Of a stretch of DNA of 64,000 nt, positions 14,201-42,452 are shown one piece after another. The stretch's first letter is position 1. The number at the start of each line of letters is the position of its first letter. The translations under genes and the position numbers were made by a program. Origin of the DNA: Chrysomallon squamiferum (taxonomy: Eukaryota; Animalia; Mollusca); assembly GCA_012295275.1 (NCBI GenBank), contig CM022670.1, positions 23,436,001 through 23,500,000 on the forward strand. The letters run 5' to 3'. Below the pieces are notes generated by a model. The model was not told the origin of the DNA. It did not search any database and saw only the letters and a program-made list of their open reading frames with translations.

Positions 14201-15950
14201 ATTTTTTTTTAAATCCCCCCAAAATAGTTTAATTACTTAACTATATACAAATTTGTTTGATCCGTCTTGATTAAAACAATTATGTGATTGAAGTAATATT
14301 TGTTTAATTTTTATTGCCTCCCCAGCTTTGTATATAGCCCCGTATATATCCTGTGATTAATTCTTTTTTACTACTGTTGAAATAGTTCCCAAATCATTCT
14401 AATAGATACAGATAAATAATGAATACACAGAACTGCTTACGTTTGACTTGCGTAAAAATCTATTAATTTTGTTTTAACTGTTAATTAAGAAAACAGAGGT
14501 GATCAGCACATAATAAATATCACAGAATCAAGAATGTATATCTGCATGTTCTGTTTTTTATTATGAAGTCAGAATTAACTAGATATTGTCAGCATAAATC
14601 CTCAGGCAGGATTTTGTGTTTCTTTATTATTCCATAATTAACATTCTAACTAATCTATCACTGAAACTTACATCTTGTATTGAGAGTTCTGTTCTGTTCT
14701 GGTAATGATGTATTGTACATTCTGTTGGGTTTTTTTTTTAGTCTTATGTAAAACAGAGCCTGGTTAACATCATCATTGCTCAGGCTGATTTGTGAAAGCT
14801 GATAATAAATATCTTTATTCTGCACCAGTTTAAAGTGTTTTTATTTATGAACAGTGTGCAAATGCACAAATTGCAGGCAAATATGCACACACACACAATA
14901 TCTTTATTATCTCATTTTTGTATTCTGTATTCCTTTCTGCTTTTTTTTCACCACAAGACATTTTTTATAACAATGCATTACAATCAAATTTACATCCTTA
15001 ATCGCAAGATTTTCGTTAATATTTCCATTGCATTTCTTTTTTTCTCTCTTTTAAATAAAAAATAAAAATGTTTTAAAAAAATTAAAAATTTGAGTTTATT
15101 AACATATTACAATTTAATTTTTTTTAATTTATTTTTATATCAAATAAGTATAACAGAATATTAAAGCTTCATTTTCATTTCATAGATGCAGGAAAAAAAA
15201 AATATTTTGTTAATAATGGAAAAAAAAAAAAATATATCATATTCCAAATACGAACATTTATTTATTGATCAGTGCAACTTAGCTAAAAAGCAAATCAATA
15301 TTAAATATGAAACTATCGTTCGCAGGTATTTTACATTATTAACATGCATCATTGACTCTGAAAACTGTTATATTATTTACAAACACAAAGAAAAAAAATC
15401 AGTACTTAAATGAGGTGAAAATACTTCACAAACTTTTACAGCTGAAGAAGTAGCTTATTATTTTAAACAACGCTAAGTAGCGTACATTCGTTCTATCAGA
15501 AGATGATGAATTTATTTTGTTTTTCTAACTTTTTCTTCCTTTTTTCTTTCTTTCTTCCTTTCTTTTTACTCTATTCATTTATTTTTTTAATATTACTATT
15601 GTTGTTATCCTTAAAATATTTTCATTATTATTATTATTATTATTATTTTAATTCATAAATACATACTGAAAGAAAACAAATGTTAAAAGGTTATGAAAAT
15701 GTTATCTGTCGATGAGATGTTGTCATCATTTCTTTTTTCTTCTTCATTTTCTTGCCCTTGATAATCTAACAAGTTGTTTGGAAATCTAACAAGTTGTTTA
15801 TTTGAAAGAGGGTTTCAAACATTGTATTTTTATTTCACTTTGTGAAAATACTTCAACACAAAATTTAGACTGACTTCAAACTGATGCGTTCTTGACGGTA
15901 ACCATGAAAAGAAAAGAAGTAAACAGATTCCTCTACTCTTCTTCTTTAAA

Positions 15951-16060
<110 letters not shown>

Positions 16061-18587
16061 AATAAAATAATAATAATAAATATAATGATGATAATTATTT
16101 TAATATTATATTATTATTATCATCAATATTATTATTGTTATTACTATGCAACAAAATCATAACATAGATCTATAAAATTGACAGTCCCTTTTACAAAGTC
16201 AATAAAGTAATTTTCTATCATCCGCTTCTAATAACACTTTTTTTTATACTTTCCATGGATACCTCTCTCGTAACAAGATGCCAGTGCAAAAATAAAAAAA
16301 ATAGAAAATAATAATAATAATAAAAATCACAGTGACAGGAAATATCACTAATGCTTTCTCACATATGAAGTAATCGGAAGTATGTTTTAACATGAAAAAA
16401 AACCGCCAGAGAGTAATTGATCTTTGAGCAAACAAAGATATCAATGAGGTTCTTTTTCGATCGATAAATGTAGGCTGAATTTTCACGTTCACTGAAATGG
16501 TTATTTTCAGCACAGACATGTTTCGTATAGACGTGAAAAAAAAAAAAAAAATAATAAATATAGATAGATAGATAGATAGATAGATATAAATAAATATATA
16601 TAAGAAATATTAATTTGACGTTAAAAAACCCATGGAAATAATGTATACAAGTTTTTGTTTTGTTTTTAAAACTATAAAAACTCAAATTAGAGATAAAATG
16701 AAATTCAAAACGAAATAACAAACGAAATATATATATATCATTTTTACTTTCGAGTTTTCTTCAACAAAAACAACTTTTTAAAATGTATTATTATTATCAT
16801 CATCATAGTTGTAAGAAACAATACTGTCGTCACTGAATTTATCACCATCGTCTTCACACCATACTGAATTTACGCACACATTTCGGTGCATGAGTAAATA
16901 CTGAAGTTTGCCAGTTAAAGATGTCCTCTTATAGTAAATAAACGTCAACGAAATTGAACTCAACAACACACATCCAATATTTCTTAAGAAAAACCTTCTT
17001 TGCACAACGGCAAGCCATATTAATGCTGAAGTAACCTTTGAAATAAAAAGTTGTGAAACCAAAAGGTTACCACTACAGATTCTACTTAACTAATGCTTAA
17101 ACTACTCTAGTACTTAAGTAACATTTAAGATAAATAGTAATGAAATTAATCCGTACACAGAAAAGCACTGTTGCTGCATAAGTAAAATTCGAAATAAACA
17201 TTGGTCAAATTAACATAAGCTCTAAATTAGCCGAAGTGAAATTTGATGCACAAGCTTAATGGATTTGGGAATTGGGATCTAGTTAATAGATTGATTCTGG
17301 TTTACTATTAGATTATTGCATGCAGTCTTAAAGGTGTTTCGCTTGTTGAGCTTGTGTAATTTTGTTTGCATACATATTAAGAAATGAAAGAGAATATATT
17401 AATGACCAATATAATCAAATAAATAAACAAATAAACAAATAAATAAATAAATTCGAAAGCCTAAAGAAAAGCTAAGACTGAAAGAAAATCAATAATGTGG
17501 CATAAAATGTTCGCAGATGAATACATTTATTTTTAACACTAATGTTGTAAACATGCAAGAGTCGGTTCCAGAGATTTTTCTATAAGGATTTTAAATCATG
17601 TTTCCGTGAGTCTCAGAATATTTTCATTCTGTTTTATAAACAGTAACAAAATGTTAATAAGTGGAACAAGTCTAAAGAAAAGGACGGGGTTGCCCATCGT
17701 CATGACCATATTGTAAATTTTGGATATCAGCTAGTCATCCGAAAATCCTGCACAGTTTTGTAATCATGCATCCAACACGGTTTAGCTGTCCGGTATCTGG
17801 CGGATTTACGTTGTCCGGAATCCAGAACAGTTTGATGGTCCGGGATTGGACACAGAGTAATCGCCCGGAATCCGGCTTAGTTTCGTCGTTAGGAAAACAG
17901 GATAGTTTGATCATGCGTAATCCGGCATGGTTCTGCACGTTACAGAGTAAACACACTTCGGTGATAATTACTTGTAATTCGTCTGCCATGCCTGTTAGTA
18001 CAACGCAATCAATATTTACGAGACTGTAAGAAAAGATCAAGGATTTGGGAAAATATCCATTACCAATTCAACGAACGAGCCGCAGGATATTACTCATTAG
18101 ATCGACTCATTTGGTCACAAATACACTGGGATTAAACAGATATTGTAATGGAAATTGCTGGGTAATTTTTTTATTTCTTTTTATTTTTTATTTTTTCCTT
18201 ATCGATGCTGGGAGATTAAATGAATTACGTAAAATGAAATGTATCAATAATTTATTCAGGAATCTGAAAGGAAAAGTCGAAATTGTGTAAAGTCTCACAA
18301 AAATACAAAAACAAATTATTAATAAATAAAATAAAATAAAATAAAATAATAATAATTATTATTATTATAATGATGATGATAAATAAACTTTTAAATTACT
18401 ATTTTCACAGTTAATACAACACTATAAATAATGGCACTACATTATCAGTTACAACCACAACAGTCAAACCAGTTTCTCCCTGTCACCACAAACAGAACGA
18501 CAACTTTACAGATAATTCTAAAGAACTAAACTAAAAGCACCCTAAGAAGTAAATCACTTCTTTTTTTTTTTTACAAATTTTTATTAC

Positions 18588-18645
<58 letters not shown>

Positions 18646-19111
18646 TTAAAGTAAACAAGAAAGCAAGCACATAAACAAACAAATTAAATTAAATTAAATT
18701 AAGTTAAATTGATTAAAACCAATAATAACAAAAATCAAAACACTTAAAATGATAATTTTTGAATATTATTAAGAATTTTCAAAATGTAAAAAAGAATACG
18801 TGAATTTCATATAATCTTTAATCTGAACTGACGTCATTAAAGAGAATATATAAAATACCTAATCTAAACTTGTCTGAATATTCAGATTAAAAAACAAAAA
18901 TTATACAAAATCAAATTACGAAGCAAATTAAATAGGCGATTGTCTGTGCAAATTAACACATTCTAAACATAATTAATATAATTAGCACGTTATCTATTTT
19001 TGATAAACTACGGGATATAGCTAATGAGACTGTTTCACTTATGACACATACATGCACAAACATACACGCACGCGTACATATACATAAAAGCATAAATACA
19101 TACATGTTTAT

Positions 19112-19149
<38 letters not shown>

Positions 19150-19365
19150 CCCAGCACTTCCTTTTTTCTTTCTTTTTTTCCGAGTTTATTTTTCGGTTGG
19201 TTATTTCATTATTCTCCCTGCAACAGAATAACTAATAAACCTTAACAACGCGAGCAAAGCTTTCATTACTCTAATAGCAAAGTCTGGGAACTTTAACACG
19301 AACGTGGCCTTCCTAGGTTTATTTAAAGGTTTCATTTATTCTTTGCACACAAGAATCTGTTTAAT

Positions 19366-19396
<31 letters not shown>

Positions 19397-20524
19397 TTTT
19401 AATTATTTTTACTCTGGTGATGGATGTAATATATAATAGTTTATAAAAAAAAAAAAAAAAAAACCCAGATAATATGTTAATTATAGTAATATATCTATAT
19501 CTATATGTATATAAAACGCGGGTGGCAATTCCTTTATGCATGTTATTAGTGATATACTTTTGTTTTCTCCAGTTTTGCTAATAACGCTCGATATAAGCTC
19601 AGATTGCGGTAATGCTGTATATTTAGTGAATATTTTCCTGCTGTTCGCGGATCGATGTGGCTTGATCACCGCGATGTGTTACAGAAAACCCAGAGCACCG
19701 CAGCCTTACGCAAACTAAATTATCCATGATAAATTGTATTTCAAATCAATCGAATGTCACAACTCAAGGATATAGAGAGATGAATGAGATAGCTGGACGA
19801 TTCCACGCCAAAAAACATTAAAGTCTTTTCACTTGGCGATTGGGAATAAATACGACGAGCGTGAATTGGCTGTCTTTCCAAAACCGCGAAAACCAACAAG
19901 ACTGAGAGTTTATTTTCGGAAGTGTTTTCTTGTTCGCAGTGAGTCTTCTGTCAGTAAAATTTCTGAAGCATTCAACAGCTTCGTGCATTCTGGAAATGCC
20001 TGTCAATACTCATTGCTTTAGAGACGCTGGCTGGAATCACGGAGTAAACAGAACTTAATCATATCTTGCTCTTCTTCAGCTAACTTGGAGAAAATCTTTC
20101 CATAATTTCACATAATGAAGTATTTTTGTTTGAGATACAAGTTTTAAAAATATTTCTTTGACGAAACTAGTTTTAAAAGGAAAGGAAAAGGACAGTATTA
20201 TACACATGATTCCGAAAATGGAAAATAATTTAAAATCAAAAGAAAATTCATGGAAAAGTTTCAAATTCTCATGTTCACAAAAATAATAGTTTCTTGGATT
20301 GCTTTAAGCAATAATGGTGTTCAAATAAACAATATTGGTTAACTGTATTTTATCGTGCCAGAGGGGAAATATTTAATAACATGGTTTATACGATAAAATA
20401 AGATTGAAAAAGGAGAGAGAAGGTACTCTATTGATAGATTCGTATCTTAATCAAAAATAAACTTTTAAAATTTCTTCTTGGTAGACCGTATTGGAGCAGG
20501 AGATGATTACGTGATTTTCAGAAA

Positions 20525-21016
20525 ATGGCGAGAATAAATGGAGGTTTATCAAAACCAAATCCTAATGTGGAATCTGTATTTATGTCAGCAGTGTACCGTG
20601 CTTGTGTCAAAGTTCATAATCATTCTCTAGAAGACGAAACTTGGCTCAAGAAATTCAATGACACATCACAAAACCCAGACAAACCGGACACGGATTTTGG
20701 TGCCATCATGTACATCTCTGTAGTTCTACTTTTTTACTCCACTGGAATTATCATCATGATTGTGAAATACCTCAAAACAGAGAAAGCTGAAATGGAAGAG
20801 GAACTGGCACTGGAGAGATTTTTCAAGCATATGCCGAACCAAAAGACAGACAAAGAACATCACGTGAACAAGATGGCGATCAGAGCTTTCCACACGCTGA
20901 CGTCAGGTGGACATGGACAAGTTGCTCGGAGAGAAATTCCTGGTGAATCTTCTTCTTCTAGGTATTCGATGGTGAATGGAAAAACACCCAAAACATTACT
21001 CGTAACAGAAGTTTGA
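20525..21016 (+). CDS. Single-pass membrane protein, KCNE/MinK-like (163 aa, single coding exon)
   Basis: Long non-repetitive ORF with no signal peptide. N-terminal N-glycosylation sequons (NHS, NDT) precede one TM helix, AIMYISVVLLFYSTGIIIMIV, followed by KYLKTEKAE. This resembles the KCNE pattern (YILxVxxFYxxxxxGIMLxYxKSK+xE). The family call is by-eye inference. Confidence 0.75.
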   Translation: MARINGGLSKPNPNVESVFMSAVYRACVKVHNHSLEDETWLKKFNDTSQNPDKPDTDFGAIMYISVVLLFYSTGIIIMIVKYLKTEKAEMEEELALERFFKHMPNQKTDKEHHVNKMAIRAFHTLTSGGHGQVARREIPGESSSSRYSMVNGKTPKTLLVTEV

Positions 21017-21748
21017 TGTTGTTTATATTCTTTCTTTTCAAAAAGGGAAATTTTAACAAATAAAATATGTATTAAAAGTGTGGATATCTATTAATCTTTA
21101 TTATGTGACGCGTCAAACAACTTCAGATTTCGATTTTGAATTTCCATTCAAATTGTTTTCTATGCATTTTCACAATCTGATTTATCCTGCACGTTCTGAT
21201 GATTGATTTGCATGTTTTTAAAAAAAAAAAAACACAATCATATGCATAACGTGCCTTTAATAATGTGAATGAGATATAGCTGAGATATATTAGTATTCTT
21301 GGAATTTCAGTGATATACTTAGTCTTGTTAAAGGGATATATCAGTATGTATTCATTTAAATGTATGGAGTTGTTTCTGTGTTAATAAGCATTTCTTCCAT
21401 TAAAAGAAATGCAGAATAATCATAATCACGTACGTAATGTTACTGAACATATATACACTTACATTTACTCGTGGAAAAAATAATTATATCAAACCTTTAC
21501 TTCAACATTAGAAGAAGAAAAACTGTCCTCTAATACGTTAATATGCTATTTTTGTTTCTTTTGACAGAATTTACAATATTTTCTAATTATTTCCGAATTT
21601 ATTTTATATACGAATTGTTTTTCCCAATTTGAGTAACAAGTCTGCTTGATCGCTTGGAATTCTCCTTAAAATTAAAATTATTCTTGATAAAGCAATTGTC
21701 CGTTGGTGGTTTCTTGTTTATTGGTTGGTTGATGGTTTTTTATTTTTT

Positions 21749-21786
<38 letters not shown>

Positions 21787-21840
21787 TTATCATAATAGTC
21801 ATGTTTTTATGGAAGTACGCAATGAAAACATAAAAAATAC

Positions 21841-21871
<31 letters not shown>

Positions 21872-21964
21872 TTTATTATGTCGCTGTAATGGAAATTATT
21901 TTAATTTGTAACTGATTATTAAAAGCGAATTGTGAATAGGATTCCTATGTGATTATTCTAGGTA

Positions 21965-21998
<34 letters not shown>

Positions 21999-24874
21999 AA
22001 TTTTAATAATAAATCAAATCAATGCCTTAAGCCATTGTATTCTGTACGTTCTAGAATGTTAAATTAATAATTTAAGATAGCTGCATCACATTTTATATTG
22101 GAAATAAATAGCTTTCATTTAATGATGTTTTCTGAATCCATTCACATTAACCATAGTTCGTTTAGCTTTTATATTTGGTCACAGCTCTAAGTGTGCGTAT
22201 TCGTGTGTATGTACGTGGTTGTGTACATGTGTGTATGTGTATGTATATATATATATATATATATATGTATATGTATGTATGTGTGTGTGTGTATATATGT
22301 CTGTATAGGTATGTATGCCTCTTCCATGAATGTATCGATTGTATATATATATATATATATATATACAGAGTATACGTACAGAGATCTTTAGAGATATTCA
22401 GTTTTGAATGCATAAATGTGTGAGGGGGTTTGTGTTTGTTTGTGCGTCTACTTAACATTGTAGGTATAACTGAGATAAAATAAGTGTGGTATCTTTCGTA
22501 TATATCTACCTATTTTACTATTAATATCTTTGTTGTAAATCTAAATGAAACTTTAAACGAAAATAGAACCAGAAACTCAATATTAGTATGCTAGGGTGGA
22601 TGGATGAAACAAAGATGCACATCTCGTAAAATATATATATTAAAAATATCCAAAGTGACAAAATTAGTGCCAGCATTGTTACTGTTTCTCGTAACGTGCT
22701 GTCTAGCATCTAGTGGGTAGCCTCGTAACGTGAAATAAATATGATTGTACCGATTCTAAATAAAACTTCAAAGTAATATGGATTTTTGTATAATAAATCT
22801 TCAGATTCAAACTGCTGCCTATAAAAACATTTACATTCGCCACTGAGAAATGATGGCAGTATGTTGACAAAATAATAACGTTAAGTCTGAATAGCTGTGT
22901 GTCAAGTTTTTATGCGAGAAATATCCGATTTGTGTTCAATCAGATGCGTTATGTATCAAACAAGATAATAATCAATTCAAATCATCTATGTTTCGTTTTG
23001 ATTTGATTTTTTGGTGTTTTGTTTTTTATATCTGCATTAATTAGTTAATTCAGTTACGTTTCAAAACCGATTTCTTTCGTCTTATTTTTCCTTCAGTTTT
23101 AGCAATAAAACCTTTGTCTGAATTTTTTTACTGTACTAAAGGACTCTTACAAAATCTTTGAACTGAAATAAAAACACATGTTTTCATAGAAAAGAAAACA
23201 TTTAAATTTCTGTTAGCAGATAGTGCTACTTATTAATTCTATAAAAGTGTATAAATTAACTTTTAAATTTTTATTCTACTTCTGAGCTTAAAACTGATTT
23301 TTAAACTATTGTAATCTCTCTCTCTTTCTCTCAAACTCTCTATCTTTTTATAAATCTACTTATCTATTTATCTATCTATATATTTCTGTCTTTCTGTCTA
23401 TCTGTCTATATGAAAAACTCTCTATCTCTCACTTCTTACCTTTCATTTATTTCTCTGAATAACAAAAACAAAAAACACACTTTCTCAGTAATACTCTTAC
23501 ACACACACACTTAAACACATACACAATCCAGACTTTAAATTTCCGAATTTCAAATTAACAATGAAATGTTTTGGAAAATATGTGTTCTTTAAAGACAGAT
23601 TTAGAATAGAGTATTCTTCAAGCTTAGATATGAAAATCTTTTCTGCATTAACACGAATATTTTCTCTTTCTTAGATTATGTCCCGTCGCTTAGGTTTTGG
23701 ATGACTGTATTTGAAAACAATATTCAAATTTATTATTCGTAATACATAATGTATTGGAAAAATAACATCATTTACCTCACTGAATAAATCTGAACATTTT
23801 CGGTAACAAACTTAAAGTTAGATTAACAACTATCTACAGTTCTATTCAGAAGAATATTGAATATTGTACTGTAGATTTGTAAAATGTTGTGGTTGTTTGT
23901 TTCTCTTTCCATTTTGGGTTTTTTTTATACTGAAGCAAAAGAAGATTTAAAAATACAACGCTCTTGTAAAAACATTCTCATAGTCATTTATTCACGTAAA
24001 TGTTAGAAGATTTTGTTAAACGTATGTTTTGAGATATATGAGGTACTTTTTAGCATATAATAAATAAATAAATAAATAAATTCAGTTTTTAACGCGTTCT
24101 TGAACTCTGTCAATAAATTAGCTTTCGAAGGCTGAACGACAACGAAACTGGTTTATTTTCTATTTTACATTCACAACGCAAGCCATTACTTCCTCTGCCA
24201 CTCATCATTAAAGGGAAAAAAACCAGTTCATTCTGTCGATTGGATCTGTTCTTGCTTGGACAGAGAACCTTCAGGATGCATTTGGTTTACACTTATTCCA
24301 GACGTTCATAACTTTTGGTATTTCTATGAAGCTTAATAATTTTCACCACAAGAAAATAATTTTCCAGATGATGTGTTTTTAGCTTCAAAACTGTAATTCA
24401 TTTCTCTGTGTTTGACTCTGAAATGTATCCACAGATTTAGAAGTGCTTCTGACACTAAGCTCAAAGTAATTTGTAGCTCTGTCATTTCTCTCGTCTAATT
24501 CCAAGGAGATTCTCTTATCACATGACAAAGCGAATGAGATCTCGATTTTCAAATAATTTCTATCGTGACTTTTTGTTAGAGGAGTTCAGAAAGATGCCGA
24601 CAAAAAAAAAAAAAATATATATTTCCTCATTTCAAATCGCACAGTCACACTAAGAATAACCACTTAACAAACGTATGAATACTGCCGATAGTACAGTGAA
24701 TAATAATAATTTGTGTTATTAATGGTTTCAGTGTTGCTGATATTATAATGCTAGTACTAGTCTGTTATTAGCTGCTGCTGCTGCTGCTGCTGTTACCAAT
24801 ACTACCGTGCCTGCACTGACACTGCTTATCCTACTAGTTCTATCTCAGTTACAACAACCACGATAATAATAATA

Positions 24875-24928
<54 letters not shown>

Positions 24929-26691
24929 TATTGTTTTGGTTTTGGTTATGCTTTTTATTCTATTCTTTTTATTTATTTATTTATTTATTTATTTTTTTGT
25001 TATTTATTTTTTGTTTTTTTTTTTTTTTTTTTTTTTGTATGTATGTATGTATAGACGAATATGATAGTAGGTACTGTGAACAAAACAACATAAATAAACG
25101 GATCTGGATTCTATCAAAATATACATTTTTAAAAACACATTTCTCTTTAATGTTGTCAAGTCAGGATTATTATTATTTTTTTAAGAATCAAAGAAATCAT
25201 TTATTTTCTTGCTTACTTATTTCTATCAACAAAAGCAACACATCATATAGTTTTTTTTTTTAATAATAATAAAAATAATAATAATTACAGCAAACGATCA
25301 GTCAATTAAAAATAAAAGTATTAATTTATCGTCTTTCCTTTTGTTTATGTAACATGCTCAGTTGAGAACTAACACGCTTGATATCACATCAATACTATTG
25401 ACAAATACAGTTCCGCTGTAAACACTTTTCGTTTCCAAGTACAAATATAACGTTCAGTATATATAACGTCTTCCATGAAATCATTACGTAACTGAAGTCA
25501 GTGTTTTCTGTCGATATTCTTAATGACATCATTAGTAGCAGCAGAAGTAATTATAGTGTAGTAATGATAGTATCTGGAGTAATATATAAAGCATCAATAT
25601 CGGCAACAGTAGTAATAACAGTAGCAATAATAATAGCAGTAGAAACAGTAGTAGTAGAGGCGGTGACAGTGTCTTAAGTATCAGGAATAGTATTTGTAGT
25701 TGTAACAATAGCAACATCAGCAGTATCAGCACCAGTAGTAATAGCTGCTAGCAGTGTAATCTGTGTAGAGCTTAAGAAATGAATTAATTTAAAATTTAAA
25801 TGAAAACATCTTGATGATGTTAGATAGCAGCAAATCACTAAGCCCCATACACTTTTAAAAACTAGTCAGGTTTCTCATGTTCATATATTTAATAAATGAC
25901 ACCTAGCCAGTCATGTTTGTGACCTGCAGCCTTAGATATATTATATATCAAATCGAAACGATACACTTAGTTATTAAAATGCCTGCCTTGAAGCTGCAGT
26001 TAGAACCAGTGTTTCTGCAAGCTGTTATAAACATAGCGATATTTAAACGCCCGGATACGTAAACAGAGTGAACATTTTAAATACAATCATTTCTTCACGA
26101 ATTGATGAATTAGTCCTATCTGTTATATTAATTATTATCATTATCGGCATTTTCACAAAGGTTATTGTAATTTTATTTAGACTGTATTTATTGTAATAAA
26201 CGTTGACGTTGTCGTCAACGTCATCATTGTTTCTCTGCGTCACCAATGTCAGTAACTATATTTGTTAACAGAAATAAGAATCCGCATAGCTTTATTCTTT
26301 CTTATCGTCTTTTTTTTTTTTTTTATTTTTTTTTTTTTTTTTTTTTTAAATCTTTGTTGGTTCGTTGGTTGGTCGATTTTAACATTAATTAAGAATAAAG
26401 TCCAGGAGCTTTAAAAACATGGCATCAACACATGAGGGTGAATATTAATTTAACAGTTTGATCGATCGGGAGATAAAAAGCCTTCCATTTCAGATGATGA
26501 AGACGTCAGAGGAACGTCAAGGAAAACGTTTAGTATTATTAACATTGCTAATGTTAAATTACTAATTAAATACCGAGAAGGAAATTCATATTATTTCTAT
26601 AAATGAATTTAAACTTCCATTAAATACGTCTGTTCAAACAAATTTATCAAAATAAAGAAATTCTTGTTTCTGTTTCAGTACAAAATATATT

Positions 26692-26727
<36 letters not shown>

Positions 26728-27139
26728 AGAAAGCAACAACATTTTATTATTCAGTTGACTTAAAATACCTAACAATATTTTACATTTTATAAATATTATT
26801 AGCAATATCTGGAGCAGAAATGTTAAACAGGTCTTCTGAAACTTGTTTTTCTTCTTTTTTTTTTTTTTTACGTTTTCTAATTTCTCATTTGCAAAATATA
26901 TTATTTATTTATTTATATATTTTTATTACTAATGTGTACACATATCTGGTGAAAAAAAATAAATAAATAAAAACGACATGTTAGGTATTGATGTTGCCTT
27001 GGAAACAAAAAACAAGTTAAATCAATATTTCCATTCGATACACTTTGTCAGTTTTACCTCCGTATTCCGAGTGCACACAAGATACTGATGTAACAGCGAG
27101 AGCCATACTGACATAAATAATTAACTTTTTGTTGTGGAT

Positions 27140-27182
<43 letters not shown>

Positions 27183-27687
27183 TGGGAGTGGTTGAGTCAT
27201 TTGTTTTCCAGATTTCGTAAAGTCCAAGCAAGATTAATGTTCCTTTATGCCAGTAAATAAAATAAATATCCTAAATGATATTCAAAGATTATATAATACA
27301 GTAAGATTCATACCGTGGAGTGCACTGAAGAACTGGTGTATTCACGAACCAAAACATTGATTAAATATGCTGTGTAAATTATCAAAGATTATAATAACAT
27401 TTTTAAAGTGAATTGGAACGAAGAATCAATACATTCACACACACACAAAAAAAAACATTAATCAAATATCGTAAATTACCAAAGATTATAAAAAGTTTAT
27501 AAAAACGAATTATTCCTCACGATTGACAAAGTTATTGAAATCTCGATGGAACTGAAATTAGAATTTAATTTTCTGAAGCGTGTTGGTCGATGAGACTTGA
27601 AAATGCCTGAAATGTGGCTCAAGTGGGTTTTTGTCTGTGAAAAGATGTGTGGAGTGTGATGTGTGCAGTGTTACTAGTGAGTCTCTT

Positions 27688-40514
<12,827 letters not shown>

Positions 40515-40752
40515 AAATACCTTTAAATACAAATTAATAAGAGTTGAGACTATTCACAATGAAAATACAGCTGGAGAAAGAAGGACAAATTTTAAGAATG
40601 CATCATACTTGAATACATAACATATACATAGATAAAACATGCATCCATATAAATACACACATTCGTACATACATAGAAGGAGAAAATAAAACGAAATACG
40701 GTGCATAATACTTAGAAAACATGTATTACTGCGAAGACATTCTTTCATTTAA

Positions 40753-40857
<105 letters not shown>

Positions 40858-41278
40858 CTGATCTAAGATCATCTCTGTTTGCGTGATTCATATAATCTTT
40901 ATAAAATACCATACCTGTAAGTTCTAAGTTACAGTTAACTTATATTCGACATTTCGCCAGATATTAATAAACTGAGAGAAATATAACTTGCTTCTTGTAT
41001 TAAAAAAGTAATAATAATAAAATGAAAGAAAGAAAAAAGAAAGAAAAAAGAACAAAGAACAACAAAAGAAAGAAAGAAAAGAAAAGAAAATATTGATAAA
41101 TAATAATTAAAAAATGAATTTATTATTCTTGTCTCTAAAACAAGAATGACTGTAACTGCAGAAAAAGTAAATGATGTGTGAATGGTGCTTCTAGAGATTT
41201 ACAAATATTCTGAAGATATGAGATATCTATTCGATATAAATTTAAAAACATAAAACCAGTATTCCTTTCAGTACTAAA

Positions 41279-41309
<31 letters not shown>

Positions 41310-41772
41310 AAGATGTTTAAAAGATTTACCTTCATTTTGTATCAGACTAGGGGGAGTATGGTCACTTAGCTTGAGTTCAAAGTATAACACAGAGACTGTA
41401 TGTTGTGTGTTAGTTGATAATGTTTCAAATCTAGATAACACAAATATCGTTGTTATCAACGGACACTATTTAGTGCTACCCATTCAACTGATAACTGAAG
41501 ATAGCACGAAGATAACGTATTAATTACTATGAGCATCTATAAATGTATTTTGCGGCTGTCTGATAAATCAGGGGACATACACTTGTGAGTAAATATAGCT
41601 ATATATAATTACATACATCCAGGGTTATTTAAGTTAGTCCTTACATTGTAAAATACATCATACACGCAATCGACCGCGTAAAGGTATTGGTTTATAAAGT
41701 ATAACTACTGTAGTTTATAATTAACTGATGAGAGAGGCAAAAATGAATGAGTGAATTTTTAGTATTACTCTG

Positions 41773-41804
<32 letters not shown>

Positions 41805-42413
41805 AAAACAAAAAATAAAATAAATAAATAAATAAATAATTGTATTAAAATCGTGTGTTTGATATTTTGAAAATATTCCTTCGATATTACATGTTAAAAG
41901 CGTACATAGCCGATTTTACAATTTTAGTTCCGGTAAGTTTCCTAAATTTATCGCTTTAGTACACAACGTTACTTATAAATACAGTAAACCTGTTTCATGT
42001 GCGTCTGCAATGACATTTAATTTACATCATCCATATAATTTATATGCATAATGAAAGCTTTGTTTAGGATTTTTAAGGAGTTTTTTTTTTTTTTTACAAA
42101 CTATTGGCATTTTCTGTTAGTATGTCGAACACTGTAGAATGCGTCTGCCGGGTCTCTGTTGTATCACTATTACATTATGTTACAGAAAAGGTGGCCCGCT
42201 CCAGCGCACAGTAATATTAATGGATAAAATTAGTGTTAAATAATTTGTAATGTCAGTTGGTGCAGTAACTTCTCTGGAACTGGAAAACTGCTTGTGTACG
42301 AGAGTACGATGTATCTCGCTTACGAGCTGAACAGTCTGTGCAACAATTAGTGTTACTGTTTATTTTACTTAACATTTCAATATATTTATCGGTGATTTTA
42401 TTTTATTTTTTTA

Positions 42414-42452
<39 letters not shown>

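Noticed and set aside
22162-22458. Overlapping ORFs rich in Y, I, C, V, H and T
   Set aside because: TA/TG dinucleotide microsatellite artefacts.
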